A stretch of DNA of 64,000 bases from the human T2T-CHM13v2.0 reference genome, Homo sapiens. Position numbers and translations under genes: made by a program. The notes beneath the pieces were generated by a model. It was not told the origin of the DNA. It did not search any database and worked only from the letters and a program-made list of their open reading frames with translations. Numbering within the stretch: the stretch's first letter is position 1; each line of letters starts with the position of its first letter. The DNA is taken from the NCBI RefSeq assembly GCF_009914755.1, contig NC_060932.1. One strand, given 5' to 3'. Below, one piece after another: positions 1 through 15,987 of this stretch.

Positions 1-369
1 TAGCTCCCCTGGTTATGTATTGCCAACATATGTATAATAATATTCATGAGGTGATACAAACTTTGCTTCTTTGGGTAAAACAGTCATCACTTAAAAGATA
101 AAAGTTAAAGAAAGATAGAAAATAATGTAGTTTTCATGTGGAGAGTTGGTAAACACATAGATACTGACAGAATCCCCCTTTAACAATAAAGGGCGATTTT
201 AAAACAACTATGAAAATCTCTGAGTTCTAGCACTTGGGATTCATTTATTTCCTTTGTGAATGTCAAGGATATACTGTAATCTACTTTATTCAATACATCA
301 AAACCATAATGAATGGGCTAAAACCCATGGATTGCCTTCTTAAAATAACTTGCTTTTGGTTAAATTAAA

Positions 370-1090
370 GATATATTTGTTGAGTAACTATTGTTTGCAA
401 AGCATTGTGCTGATTGTTTTGGAAGAATATGGAGATTAGTAGGTACAGACTCTGTCCTTACAGAACTAGAAATATCATAGGTAGAAAAGATAGATGCCCA
501 AAAGACAGCAATCCTTTAATAAAAGATTGATAAATGCTGGAAGTGAAAGTGGCCTGGAAGTTCACAAAGGAGAGAGGAAGTGAGCCAGCAAGAGTTAGCG
601 CTTGGCTGTAAGGATGAGAAAAGATTCATAAAAGAGGTGGTGTTTGAAGAATAGATAAGAATTCAGCAACTGAGAAAGCATTTTGGGTGGCGGAACTGAA
701 ATGATAACACAAATGTATGGAATAAGAAATGGCTGAGTGTTCAGAAAATGTCTACAATCTTAGTTTGGTTGGGAGTAGGAGATCAATGAGAATTAAGATT
801 AAAAATTGGTCTTAAGTGTTAGGACTAGGAATGTTGTATTTAATTTGGAAAGAATTGGGAAGACACTGAAGGTTTCTGAGGAGGCACTGAAATGATCCAA
901 GTTGTGCTTTGCTGCTAGGACTGGACTGAGTTGCTTGGGAAGAGATCTGCAGAGAGCTGATAGAGTGCCCTCTGAAGAAGAGAGAGCAGAAGGAATGAGG
1001 GCCTGGGCTGGGCTGGTGGCAGTAAGAAAAAGAGGCAGAATGTACATGATTTGGCAATCAATTGGGTGCAACTGGATTAAGAAAGTTCTT
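370..1090 (-). mobile_element. Ancient LINE-2 fragment(s)
   Basis: atatatttgttgagtaactattgtttgcaaagcattgtgctg resembles the reverse complement of the L2 3' end, followed by purine-rich L2-like body; boundaries approximate. Confidence 0.5.
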
Positions 1091-1373
1091 GGGAGATGGC
1101 AACATAAGTGTGTCCAAGCTTCCCCCAAGCACATACCCCTCTCCTGAGCCGAAGCTTGCTGAGGCCAACAAGCATGTTAAGAGCTACAGGGGGTAAGGAT
1201 GGCCCCACCTCTGACTGATTCAGTTAGGGAGGATTGCTGCAGGATTTTTCTCCTGGGACCCTTATGAGAACCTGGAGTTAGTGAGAAGAGCCTTGGTGAG
1301 AAAAATAAAATAAATTGTATCCTGGTCTCCAGAGATGGGCATGTTTGTGATGATGTTATAAACAGAATAAAGA

Positions 1374-2920
1374 ACTTCTGGCTTCCAGTCTGGTGTATAA
1401 GAAAATTAGAAGTCATCCCTTCCACAGTCACAGCAAGAAAAAACTTAACAAACTGAAAATCAACAACTCTTTCTAGATCCATGAGAGAGTTGGGTCATAG
1501 GACAAACCATTTTTTCCCAAATTAGAGAGACAGACAGGAAGTTACAGAAAATCACAGCTCACTGAAGCAGAAACCCAGGAGCAGAAACCTCTATGAGAAC
1601 CAGTATTGGGTTCCTTTTACCCAGTACATCCCATTCAGCTTTCAATAAAAAATTACAAGTCATACTAAACGACAAAAGCACAGTTTCAAAAGACAAAGCA
1701 AGCATTAGAACCAGACTCATATATGGCAGAGATGTTGGAATTATCACAGTGGAAATTCAAGACAATTAATACGGTAAGGGCTCTAATTGAAAAAGTGAAC
1801 AACATGCAAGAATGGATGGGTAAGGTAAGCATAGAGATGGAAACTCTAAGAATCAAATGGAAATACTAGCAATAAAAAAAAAATTCAACAGAAATAATGT
1901 CTTTGATGAGCTTCAATACACTGGACATGGCCAAGGAAAAAAGTCAGTGCGCTTGAAGAAATGTCAATAGAAACTTGCAAAACCATGCAAAGAGAAAAAG
2001 ATTTAAAAAGGCACAGTATATGTAAGAGTTGTAGGACAATTACAAAAGATGTAATACGTAATGGAAATACTAGAAAGAAAAGAAAAAGAAAAAGGAAGAG
2101 AAAAAATATTTGAGGGAATAATGACTGAGAATTTTCTAAAATTAATGATAGATGCCAAATCACAGATCCAGGCAGCTCAGAGAGCATGAATCAGGAAAAA
2201 TACCAAAACAAAGAAACAAACAAACAAACAAAAACAACAACAACAACAACAAAAAACTGTGCCTTGGTAGATAATATTTAAACTGCAGAAAATCAAAGAC
2301 AAACAGAAAAATCTTGAAAGAAGCTGGTGGTAGGAGGGTGGGGAAATACCTTACCTAGAGAAGATAAGAATCACATCATAGTTCTCTTCAGAACCCATGT
2401 ATGTGAGAGTGGAGTGAAATATTTAAAGTATTGAAAGAAAGGACACACTAACCTAGAATTCTGTGTCTGGAGAGATTGTCCTTCAAAAGGAAGGGATAGG
2501 CCAGGTGCAGTTGCTCATGCCTGTAATCCCAGCACTTTGGGAGGCTGAGGTGGGAGGATTGTTTGAGCTCAGGAGTTCAAGAGCAGCCTGGGCAACATGA
2601 TGAAACCCCATCTCTACAAGAAATTAGTCTGGCATGGTTGCACATGCCTGTAGTCTCAGCTACTAAGGAGGGTGAGATGAGATGCTTGAGCCTCTGGGCG
2701 ACAGAGAAAGACCCTGTCTTAAACATAAAAAAAAAAGAAGAAATAAAGACGTTCTCAGACAAACAAACATTAAGGAGGTTTGTCACCAGTCAACCTATCT
2801 TTCAAGAAGTGTGAAAATAAATTCTTCAGAAAGAAGGAAAATGTTGTAAGTAGGAAAACAGAATCTATGTAAAGAAAGGAAGATCATTTGAGAAGGAAAA
2901 AATGAAGGGAAAATAAAAGG
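1374..2920 (+). mobile_element. Old L1M (L1MD-like) 5' end/ORF1 remnant, interrupted by an Alu
   Basis: acttctggcttccag... start and A-rich decayed ORF1 (ataatgactgagaattttctaaaattaatg, cctagaattctgtgtc, ttctcagacaaacaaacattaagg). Confidence 0.7.
2499..2738 (+). mobile_element. AluJ with a deletion in the right arm
   Basis: ggccaggtgcagttgctcatgcctgtaatcccagc; J-type gggaggattg/ctgggcaacat; shortened right monomer and A tail. Confidence 0.85.
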
Positions 2921-4094
2921 GAGAGTGTAACACTGGACTCGGTAACTATAAGTGCCACTCTCCTCTGCCTCCCAAGGTGCCATGGTGGTCCTGAATAAAG
3001 GGGTTCCCACTTTCTCTACTTTTAGGCTGGATGAGTGTGAGAAGGCCAGAGAGCAGAGAGGCATCAACTTGGTGCCTTGCCAGGGACCTAGCAGCCAGTG
3101 GGCCGCCTGGGAAAATATGACTGCATCTTCCACCATTCAAGGAGTTCCAGGAGTTGTACCTGAGGGCCAGTGTACAAAGGAGAAGAGCAGCCCAACTGAG
3201 GGGGTTTGGGAGCCAGAGGCAGGGAGAACACAAAGACTGAGACCTGGACCCTAATGAAACTGAGCAACGGGAGAAGACAGGCATCAACGTGAACAGAATA
3301 GGAGCCTTAGGGAGATTCAAGTGCAGTACCGAAAACATTTTCTGGGATAACAAACCCAGGATGTTATTTAACATTGGAAAATTGGTAGGTAAATTAAAGG
3401 AGAAAATGGCCATTATTGAGTAGCAAATAGTGAAAAAAACAGAGTATATAGATCTATGAAACCTGATACATGGATTAAAGAAATTTCAGAAGAAGAAAAA
3501 AGATGGAGATGGAGGAAAGAATAATTGAGTACATGGTAGAAGAAAATTTTCCTGCGTTGAAGAAATTTATGAGTCTGGAGTTTGAGAGAATTAAATGAAT
3601 TCATGGTGGGATTGATTGGGTGGGGCGAAATAAAGATGTACATTTACTATATTCTGGTAAATTTCCTGACCCCTAATGATAAAAATAACATCTTACAAGT
3701 TCCCAGCTGGGAAGAACAAATTACTAAGAAAGGGTCACAATCAGACTAGACTGAATTTTTTAAAATGTATTCCCCTTTATGCTAGAAAATGGGGTAAATA
3801 ATAACATCCTTAGGCTACTGAGAAGATAGGACTAAGATTGAGAATTCAATACCAGACAAGATAACACTTACCTGGCAGAATAAAAGATATTGGTGAATTT
3901 TCAAGGATTGAAGACTATATCGTCCATTAAAATTTGTTCTGGTTTTCCTATTATTTTATCTATTTTAGCACTGAAAATTCTACCTCCTGGAGAACCATTT
4001 AGTCACAGGCAAACCTGGACAACTAGTCAACTTGTAATATAACCCACCTGAAGAAAACCAACATCAGGTGGAAAAAGAATAGAGACTTTAAGGT

Positions 4095-4333
4095 GGGGAG
4101 TTCTCAACCAGGGGTGATTTTGCCCTCCCCTCCCGTGTTGTCCTCTTTCCCCTTCAGAATTTGGCAATATTTTTGATTGTCACAGTTGGAGCAATGGAGG
4201 AGAGAGTTCTACTACTAGCTAGTGAGTAGAAGCCAGAGATGCTGCTAAACATCCTGCAAGGCACAGGATAGCTCCTCACAACAAAGATTTATTTTGCCCA
4301 AAAGGTCAATAGTGCCAAGGTTGGGAAACTCTG
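4095..4333 (+). mobile_element. MER20 (hAT-Charlie MITE)
   Basis: gttctcaaccaggggtgattttgccc ... gatgctgctaaacatcctgca ... gtcaatagtgccaaggttgggaaactctg. Confidence 0.85.
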
Positions 4334-5342
4334 AGATGGGGGAAGACAATGAGAAGTGGAAAGAGCTGTAAGCTACAAACCTTGCATATATATTTAGATA
4401 TGTGAAATTTAAATGTAAGTGGATAATGAAAGATTGTCTTGGGATGTGTAATGTAAAAACCTGTGAAAGTTTCTTGAAATAGAAGAGACAAGCTGCAGAG
4501 AAATCCCAATACTGATCTAAAAGTTTGAAACTGTCTCCCCAAAACCTAGTCATTGGGGGTAGAGATAGAAGAGGCTGATGAAACAGGTGAGGCATTCAAG
4601 TATTTTCCAAGTTTTCAGTTTATTGGAATGGGAATGAAACTAGTCAGGTATAAGATGTCTTAGAGTAGAAAGTCATAGATATCTTGTTTTCACATAATAG
4701 TACAAAAATTGGTATGTCAATACCAGGAAAATGTTTTGCCAGGAAAGGGAATTAGTGGAATGAAAAAATACATCAGAACTGCTATATTAGCAAAACGTTG
4801 AAAGGGATTGAGCAGCAACTTGAAGAAACCTGGGAAAATATGAGAAATGATGCAGGTATTTGGAAGGGAGCAATGTCCTGCCAGTCAGTTTTGCCAACCA
4901 TGATTCTAAGAGGGTTGAATAATGTCACTGTTTTATTTCTGTATACTATCCGGAGGCTGAAAATCCATAGCCTTGTAATAAATATGTGTGACTTATTTCA
5001 AAGTTCTTAATGAAATAGTACAACAACAATTATTACTTTTCCGCTGTCCCAAAACATGTAAGTAGGTCTATGGCATGGCATTATTGGTTAATACTTGTCT
5101 CCTTCGCTAGACCCCAATCTTCATGACGGTAGAAATCATGTCTCTTCTCTCTCATCATTGCATCCCCGACAACCTCTCAATGTTTATTAAACAAACAAAT
5201 CAATAACAGCCTCTCAATCTATGATTAGAAGACTAGATATAAGGAGAAAAAAAGCCCCAAGCAAAAGTTCAGGCAGTTGCACATTTTACTGAGATTTGTG
5301 GAAAAGAAACAAAGGAGAATGTAACAATGAAATGCATGACCT

Positions 5343-5986
<644 letters not shown>

Positions 5987-6073
5987 TTATGAGTCAGTGA
6001 AGTCTGACTTGAAAACCTAGGAGACTCAATTTGCATAACATAAAAGTTGTAAAAGAAACTTCCTCCTTAGACT

Positions 6074-6262
6074 AAGGTTGCCAGATTTAGCAAATAAAAA
6101 TACAGGACACCCAGTGACATCTGAATTTCAGTCAAGCAACGAATAGTTTTCTGCACAAACATTTTCCACATATTGCAAAGAACATACTTATACTAAAGCA
6201 ATATTCATGGTTTATCTGAAGTTCAAATTAACTGGTTTCTTGTATTTTATGGGGTAACTCTA
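6074..6262. mobile_element. MER53-like palindromic hAT MITE
   Basis: taaggttgccagatttagcaaataaaaatacaggacacccag ... ctgaagttcaaattaactggtttcttgtatttta; long terminal inverted arms. Confidence 0.75.
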
Positions 6263-7882
6263 CCCTAGACCATACGTAGTAGCAATATTTTCTGAATAGC
6301 TAAAGAAGATTATTCAGGAAATGGGTTACTTTTTTTTTTCAAGTTGGCATTTGAAAAACATTACCCAAATATAACATTTATTAATGTTTTAGTAGCAATC
6401 ACCTTCTATGAATTCCTGTGACCTTTCAATTATATTTTATTTTCTCTTTAATTCTGTGTTATTTTCTAAGAGACCTTGATCCTGTCTCCTATGGTTATTT
6501 TCTGGAACATAATCTCCAAGGTAGTCAAGGAGGAACTATAATCCTAACAGTAAAGGCAAGTTGTATTGGTGTGGTGCTTTCACCCCTGTATCCAGATGAT
6601 GCTTGCCTCAGTGAAGCAGGTAATATTCTCCCCATTTCATAAATGAGGTCAAAAGTTGTTGCGTACTCATGATAGTTGCTGTGCTGGTATAATGCCATTG
6701 AGGAGAAGCAGCATGAGGTACAGGGCTAAACAGGACAGACCTGTCCAATGGCCCTGGGTGCTAACTCCCAGGGTGAGGACCTTCTAGCACATGCAAGCCT
6801 GAACTCCATCCTCCAGCTCCGAAATCAAGAAGGAAAGCAGGCTGGGCCAGTGAGCTGTTCTGGACAGGACAAGAGAGAATGAAGTTGGGACAAGGAGACA
6901 TGAATGTTTCCTGTGGAGCAGATGTGGATTGCACAGGCCAGAGGGCTATGGTCTATCAGTGGTCCAGCAGAATCCCTGTGCAGTGGACCACTGGGAAACT
7001 GGGAAGAGGGGGCATTGAGGCAATGGAGGGAAATGCATGGCGTACCACTTGGCTGTCACTGTTGAGTTCTTGCAGAGACCCCCAAAGGGATCCTTGAGGG
7101 AGTCAGGTCTAGAATTTGCCATGTCCAGTAAGCTCAAAATCAGCTTATGATTTTCTCCATCAAGTGAGGTCATTCTGTTTCTTTCCTCTCCCCCCTCCTC
7201 ATGCTCCAACTCAGAGGAGGATTTGTTAGGAGCTGCAGGGGTTGGCTGTGGAGGGAAGTGTAGAGAAGAGGAGTAGAACCTAGATGGCATACTGTGACGT
7301 GCCTGGTGGGAGGAAGTGAGGGAAACAGATCTCAACATTGGATGAACGTTGAAGATGCCCTAATTTCTGATTTGAGTCAAATAAGATGACTGTAGGAATA
7401 TCTATCATGTAGAAATGACCAGCAAAGTCATGGGCCTGCCAGCATTTTAATCCAGGGGTGGGAAGGGAAGGGTTCCCCAATAAACTAATTTTAAAAGGAT
7501 GGTGGGAGAGTCTTAAAACTTTATCTTGAATGCTGGGTACACTTAAAATATGTAATATACATGTAAATTATTTAATAAACCCCATGAATCCACCATTTGA
7601 CTGAAGAAATAGAAATGCCTAAAACCCTTAAAGTTCCCTGTGGGCTTCCCCAATCGTATCTTCTGTCCTGCTCCCCGTTAATCAATATCTTGATATTTGG
7701 TTTATTTTCATTGCCTTCTGTTGTTCACAATTCTATTATACATATTAGGATTCTACAACATGTTTTGTTTGCTTGACTTGAACTTTATTAAATGACATCA
7801 AACTATATGTATGCATTTTTCAATTAATTGTGTGCTTCACTGATTCATCCATATTGAAGCATGCAGATATATTTGTTTGTTA

Positions 7883-8818
<936 letters not shown>

Positions 8819-9354
8819 TAGACTTTTAAAATATTTGCCAATCTAGCAGGTTTAACATGCTATCTCATTGTGGTTTTAACTTGCATTTTTGTAATGGCTA
8901 ATAACCCTATTTTTCATTGCTCTAAATTAATCAATTTCTATAATTTAACCAAATTGGAATTGCAGAAATCAAATGGAAAGGCAGATAGATGGAACACTCT
9001 GTCTCTAATTTATACTGCAAATAACAAATGATTTACCAAAATGTATGACAAATTATTCTAGAACAAAGTCGACTTGATTTTCCAGAAATGGTGCTGTAGG
9101 TTCTGGGACATATGTGGTCCCATGATGTGACTCTTCCTGCCAGAGCAGACCTCTGGTACCCTGCTGACCACACATGCTGGAGTCTCTACCTGGTTTATTA
9201 TTTTTTTCCTGTAGCTGGGTCAGTGGATGGGAAGTGAAATGATGGTTTGATTACTGCTTCTTTAGTGTTCAACTTGCCAGCAACGAGAACTCTAACTCAG
9301 GAAATAAGGTCCTTGGAGCTATCACTTTCAAAAGAAGTTATGAAGAATCTACCA

Positions 9355-9664
9355 GGCTGGGCATGGCGGTTCACACCTGTAATCCCAGGGCTTTGGGAGG
9401 CTGAGGCAGGAGAAATGCTTGAGGCCAGTGGTATGAGACTAGCCTGGGCAACATAGCAAGACTCTTATCTCTACAAAAAAATAAAAAAGACTAGCTGGGC
9501 ATGGGGCATGTACCTGCAGTCCTAGCTACTTTGGGAGGCTGAGGCAGGAGGGTTGCTCGAGCCCAGGAATCCAAGGCTCAGGTGAGCTGATTTTGCCACT
9601 GCACGCAAGCCTGGGTGACAGAGTGAGACCATGTTTTGTTTTGTTTGTTTGTTGTTAAAAAAAA
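9355..9664 (+). mobile_element. AluJ
   Basis: Diverged dimer with J-type ctgggcaacatagcaagac and gagcccagga; decayed flanking repeat aatctacca/aatctccca. Confidence 0.85.
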
Positions 9665-10259
9665 TCTCCCAGGAAGCAGGTTCCATGACTTCATTTACCA
9701 TCTAATGCTAATTTGGTTGCCTATGAAGAAGTTCTCCCTAATACCTCCGGCTGTTATTTGAGCAGCCCCCTCCTTTCTTTGATTATTCTTTAGTAGTCTT
9801 CAGCATCCTCTGGGCACCACAGTTTTACTTTTTAGTACTCATTCAACTTTTTCCTGTAAGGAGATATATCACAGTTGAAAGATCTTTCAGATAATATCAT
9901 GTCCTAGCATGTAACTTGAGATTTAGAGACCTGACGTACCTTAAACACACATTTAAGAACTTTGAATGATTGTGTTCTGTGTCCACAGTGCTTTATAACA
10001 CAGTCAAGTCCATCCTTCAGAAGTCACGTGTACTTCCCTTTATTAATTATCCTGTCCACGCTGTCTGTGTCAGGCTGAATAATGGCCCACAGGTTTTTGA
10101 GAATGTTACACCAGCAGAAGCACAGCCTGCTTGCACTGAACAGGACAAGAGAGGATAGAAGGAAAGAAGCCTGTTGGACTCCCAAAATTCGATAGGCAGA
10201 AAACAGGCTTACAAAATGACTCAGCTGCAAACATGTGCTACCCTTTAAAAAAAAAAGCG

Positions 10260-10680
10260 TGATTCCAAGGGTGGATCCGTGAGCCAAGAGCCACAGAGAA
10301 TCATTCCCAGGCCCTGAAATGCAATGGAGTTTGCCTGGTTGCATTTGGAAGTTGGTGGGGACCAGAGACTCCTTTTTTCTTTTCATTTTCACCTGTTTTG
10401 AACAGCAATGTCTATAACAATTTTGCTATGCATATCCCACTATTGTGTTTTTGGAGCATAAAACTTGTTTCCTAATTTCACAGGTCTAGAGACAGAGAAG
10501 AATTTTCCTCTAGGATGGATTATATGCAGATTCATCTGTACCCGATTTAGATGATAAGATTTGGGACTTTTGAGCTGATGAGAAGACTGAGATTTTGGAC
10601 TTGAAGCTGTAATGAGTTAAGATGTTGGGGGACCTTGAAATGGGGAATGTGCGTGAATCTTTAAGGATCAGAGGGTAGAC
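10260..10680 (+). mobile_element. MaLR (MLT1) internal sequence, 3' end
   Basis: Resembles the MLT1-int terminus, ending gatcagagggtagac directly before the LTR TG. Confidence 0.6.
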
Positions 10681-11154
10681 TGTGGTAGACTGATTAATGA
10701 CCCATGCCCCCCCACCAATACATTTGCACCCTAATCCCCAGAACCTGTGCCCGTTACCTCACATGGCAAAAGGGACTTTGCAGACGTGATTAAATTAAGG
10801 ATCTTGCCATGGGAGATTAGCCTGGGTTATCGAGGTGGGCCTGAGGTAATCACAATGGTCCTTACAGGAGGGATGCAGGAGGAGTGAAGCACAGAGGAGA
10901 AGGCCATGCAAAGCAGAGATCTGAGCGATGTGGCCAGGAGCCAAGGCATGTCAGCAGCCTCTAGAAGGCGAAAGAGACAAAGAGCAGATTTCCCCCAGGG
11001 CCTTCAGAAATAAGCAGTCCTGTGACACCTTGATTTTAGCCATAGAGGACTCATTTTGCTCTTCTGACCTCTAAGACTCTAAGACAACATGTTTTGTTGT
11101 TTTAAAACACTAAGTTTGTGGGAATTTGTCATAGCAACAGTAGGAAACGAATAC
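10681..11154 (+). mobile_element. MLT1D-like MaLR LTR
   Basis: tgtggtagactg ... gttacctcacatggcaaaagggactttgcagacgtgattaaattaaggatcttg ... gcaacagtaggaaacgaataca (TG...CA). Confidence 0.8.
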
Positions 11155-12124
11155 ACATTCTCTGTTGGGCCAGGGTCCTGACATGCTCTTTTATATTCAA
11201 AAACTTTAGCTAGAGCCATTGTGTGAAAATGAATGAGGGAGCAGATTTCTTTTTCCTAGGTGGACTATTTCATTATAACTGGTGAATCTATTTTTTTCTC
11301 AAACAAAATAATATTTTTAAACAAACTACAAAAAAGAACTTGAGTTATCGAAAGCCCTTTATAAAACAAATGTTCTCTAATTTAGCAGATACTACCTGGA
11401 TTATAATACTTCAGCTTTTACTAAATATCTAAACTAACCCTACTAAATAAAAAACCTCTCTCTGGAAGACTTAAGGCCTTTTTAGGAAAAAAACTAACAA
11501 TGACACATAAAATTACCTTTGCCAAAATGTCAGAAAGGTCACAGTATTAATATTCTTATAAAATCCTGATAGGAAAATAATGCCATGGTTAAAACTTGTG
11601 AGGTGTGTCTTTGATGGGGCTGGTTATTCAGGACAAGTTTGGGCAGACCTGGCAAGACACAAGAAAAATGTGTGAGATTCCAATTTTAGGGAGTTAAGAA
11701 ATTTTTTGGTCTTCATCCTCATGTTTACTTTCTTCTTTTGATTGATCAGAGATGCCAATGGGTGGCATTTAACTCATTTACACTTAATGTATGGATGTGA
11801 ATTATTTAATTAGAAAATAATTGTTAATGATTTCCATTTGAAAATTATGTTTAGACATGGTAATATCTATGTTGTGAAGCCAACTAACTTATAAGTTAGC
11901 TTTTTTCCCCTTTGCATTTGAACTTTTTCCGTTAATTACCAGTTGATGTTTATGTCCCTGTATCAGTAACAGTGCAGTCAGGAAACCAGGCATGTAGGTT
12001 ATACATGTGATGGACAACCTGTAGGCAATCAAGGACAGTGGGGAGACTTCTACAGATTGGCAACAGCAGGACTCTGCTTCCACACTCAGTGCTTGAAGCC
12101 TCATAGGAAGAGGTGGAGCGTTCA

Positions 12125-12610
12125 TCATCTCCCGCTGCTGTAAAGTCACCATAAACGCAGTGGCTTATAACAACACAAATTTACTGTCTTATAGCTCTGG
12201 AGGTCAGAAGTCCAAAATGGGTCTCCCTGGGCTAAAATCTAGGTGTTTGCAAAGTTTCCTTCTTCTCTGGAAGCTTTAGGAGATAATCTGTTTTCTTTCC
12301 TTTTCCAGCCTTGAGAGGTTGCCTTGGCTCATGGCCCCTTCTCCATTTCCAGGGCCAGGATTCACAGGTTAAATGTGCTTCATATCACATCACTCAGAGA
12401 CGGATTCTTCTGACTCCTCTTCTACATTTAAAGACCTTTGCGATTACCTGAATAATCCATGATGATGTTTCCTATTTTGACATCAGCCAATGAGTGACCC
12501 TAATTCCATCTGCAATCTTAATTCCCCTTTCCCATGTGTCATAACATATTCACAGTTTTCAGGGACTAGGACTTGAACATATTGGGAGGCCATTATTCTG
12601 CTTCCCAAGT
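12125..12610 (-). mobile_element. MLT1C-like MaLR LTR
   Basis: gtggcttataacaacacaaatttactgtcttatagctctggaggtcagaagtccaaaatgggtctc ... ggccattattctgc. Confidence 0.8.
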
Positions 12611-14239
12611 GGTATCACTGGGATTGGAAACTGGGCCACGGCAGGGATTATGGCCATGGATAGAGCAGTGCAAGGACGAGACACATCCCAGACAACATGG
12701 GGGAGGAAAGAAAGAAGCACCTTAGCTCCTCACCGCAAAATGGGAAGGGCTCAGTAGGTAAACTCCTGGTTCTAAAACATCTGACTCCTTTCCTTTTCTT
12801 TCTTCTTGTGTATTCTCAAAAGCTTGTTATTAGGTGGTAGGGAATAAATTTTCTTCTGCTTATACCTTACTGTGTATATGACAGCTATATACATCTTTAT
12901 GATGTATACCAATATAATGGAAAAAGGACTGACTCAATCAAAATAGACATACCAAGCCACACAAAACTGTGTCCCCTACATACCTTGAGTTGTTTGTGTG
13001 GGAAAAATCATATGATTAGAGCCATTCTCCTTAAGCACTTTTCATAACAATGGCTAGTGCAACAATTTGTAATGCAGCCTCTATGGCTATAGAATTCTTC
13101 CTGGACTCAGGCCAAGTGAGGTGAGTGTGGGGGTCCAAAAACTGTGTGGGTCATTCAGGTTTTTCCCAAATGCTGGAAAAAGATTGCTCATTATAATGTG
13201 CTTACAAAAAAACCCCAAAAGTCATTTTCCTGTCATTCTGCAGAAATTTACAGCAAATGGGATTCAGAGGATTACTGCATGAAGGAAATGTCAGTGTTAA
13301 ATCTATAGACAGTCCCTTTAGTGCTGCATGTCATAAATTAAAAGCAAGCACTAGTGAAAAGGCTTGGTGAAGGGGAAAATAGTGAGGCACTAAGCTGATC
13401 TTCGTTGACTTTTCTTTCTGGAACACACATGCTTAGCTGCTTTTTCTTGGACCCCTCCCCCCAGCAAGAAATCACTGCATTTATGTGTGCGTCCAGCTCT
13501 CTTCAGCTACCTTAGCTATGCTTTTTCAGCAGCTCGCTGCAATGCCAGCATCAGGTGTCACAACTACTATGGTGACTGGGTTAATGGCTGTGCTGTTTTC
13601 CCTGGAGAAGCAGGGACAGACAGGCCAGTCTTTGTCTCTGCCAGCAGAGGTCTGAATTTAAAACTTCATCCCAGACAATGTGCCTGGGAGCCATGGGGTT
13701 TTCGGTCATTTGGCCTGGCTTATTCTCTGCCCCATCACCAGCTCCGTGAGCCTCGGGCTCACTGTGCACAGCCAGGCGCTTGTTTGAGGAGAGGAAAATG
13801 CATCTCTCTTTTCTTCCCTTTATTCTGAGCCCAAGTTTGATTCAAGTTTTTGAAGTCAGACCTGTGAATGGACTCTCTTCTGCTGGACTCGCCTGTGGCC
13901 CCAGCAATTCCTGCTCTGAGATACCAGTGCTTGGGAAGCGGGAGGTGGGTGTGGAAATCATGTTTTCATCTCTCTTATTTCTCTTGCCTGTCCTCCCACC
14001 ACTATGGTTCTAATGCAAGGACTCGGGGCACTGACGCTGGGGGTGCTCATGTGTACTGTCCTCTGAATGCTGCCTCATTGATGATGATGAAGACCACAGC
14101 TAGGAATCCCTGAGCTCTATACAGTTCTGAATGCTTCGTGACATTGTATCAGTTTATCCTTAGAAAAACTCCAAGGCTATTAATATTATCTTCTCCTTTT
14201 TATGCATGAGGCAAATTGTGGCTCATGAGGTTGGGTAAC

Positions 14240-14620
14240 TGTTATGTACTGAATTGTGTCTCCCTCACCAAATTCACACGTTGAAGCCCAAACCCCAGTA
14301 CCTTAGAGTGTGACTGTATTTAAAGACAGTCTTTAAGGAGGTAATCAAGGTAAAAATGAAGTTGTATGAGTGAGCTCTTATCCAACTTGACTGGCGTCCT
14401 TGTAGATTAGGACACAGACACACAAACCAAGGGAAGTTCTGCTGAGGGCACAGGAAAAAAACATTCATCTCCAAGCCAAGGAGAGAGGCCTCAGATAAAT
14501 GAAACCTGCTGACACCTTGATCTTGGACTTCCAGCCTCCAGAACTGTGAGGAAATAAACTCCTGTTCTTACCCACCCGATCAGTGGTGCTTGGTCTTGGC
14601 AGCCCTAGCAGACTAACACA
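14240..14620 (+). mobile_element. MLT1A/B-like solo LTR inserted in a MIR
   Basis: TG...CA ends; perfect 5-bp TSD gtaac at 14235-14239 and 14621-14625; MIR-like sequence on both sides. Confidence 0.85.
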
Positions 14621-15987
14621 GTAACTTTCCCAAGCTACACCCTTGGGCAACCTGACTATAGAAGCTATGTTTTCAATGTAAACCCCATGATTATTCTTTG
14701 TTATGTATATTTAGCCATTAGTTAATACTTTGTAATATTTAGCATTTAGTAATATATTTAGGCATTAGTTAATATTTGGGAAGGATGTGTTTTTAAATAC
14801 TGATTAAGTCTCTATCTCCTTTCATATTCATAACATATTTACTGCCAAATTTTGAAAGAAGCCACTCTGAGAACTGAACTCGCCGTACCTAGTTATCTCT
14901 AGGTGAGCTGTGAATTTTTCAAAACAAAACTTAGTCAATTTTTCTTCAATTAAAGAAGAAAAACCAACTATGCAAAATAGCTCTTGGTTTTTTAGGGGCA
15001 GGAGGTAGGTTTCAGGAAATCAAACAAACAATAAGGTTTGGAAATCCCCCATGAGTGGGGCTTTCTGACCCCAGAGCAGGGGCAGGGCTGGCAGTCTCTC
15101 AAAGAAGTGGAGCATTTCTTGTTTTTCCAAACGTTGAGACCATGGGTGAGAGGTGAGGGACTGGGGCAGGAAAGTCCACACAGGGCGCGCCTAGGAGGTG
15201 CTGGGTAGGCAGTGTCCCATGGAAACCCAGCTGAGCGGGAAGGGTGCCTGCAGCCCTTCTTGGCCAACCCCAGGTAGGCCAGCGACCTACTGGTTGATCC
15301 TGATCTACTGGTTGAGAAAGCTTGCCCGAGAGGATCTTACACAACTATGTATTTAGAGTTTTCCAGAAGACTTGCTCTCACTCTGTTTTCTGGTCTATGG
15401 TAGGGTTTCACATCAACACATCAAAACAAAGACCCCAAGCATAGGGATCAGGATGTTTGGTGTTTCAAGGCACGCTGGGATTTTTATTTTTAATGCCTTA
15501 AGACGTTTATCCTGTTAGTCAGATATCTTTTTTTATGTAGTTCATGAAAAAGCAACATCAGCCCAGTTTCCTGATTTCAGCTGCAGATACAGTTCATAGC
15601 ATTAGCTACTTCTTCATCAATTTCTTCCTAAAAACTACCCGGGAATCAAAAAAGAATAGTAAACAACAGTTTTTATTGCATCCATATAGATTTCAACAGA
15701 GGAAACAGAGAAGAGTCAATGTCTGCAGGAGGTAAGGAAATGTGATCGTGCTGGCAAGTCTTGATTGGCTATGACCTTGAGTATAATCAATAGGCCACTT
15801 CCCCTTTTGTCAGGCAGAACTGAATTCCACGTATTTTTTTTTCTAGCAAAGGCACTTACCTAATGATATTAAAATTTTAATTGATTATGCTCGATGTTCT
15901 GAAAATTGAAACAGCTCAACTCAAACTCACTCAACCCGCTCGCCCTCCAGCCGCCATTGACTTGTGGATGCGACAGCTATAAATAAA

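Noticed and set aside
2795-3413. Cluster of 100-155 aa ORFs on both strands
   Set aside because: Lies between old L1 fragments, with no coherent protein or splice structure
6074-6262. Long hairpin suggesting a miRNA precursor
   Set aside because: Explained by the inverted arms of a MER53-like MITE; no evidence of processing
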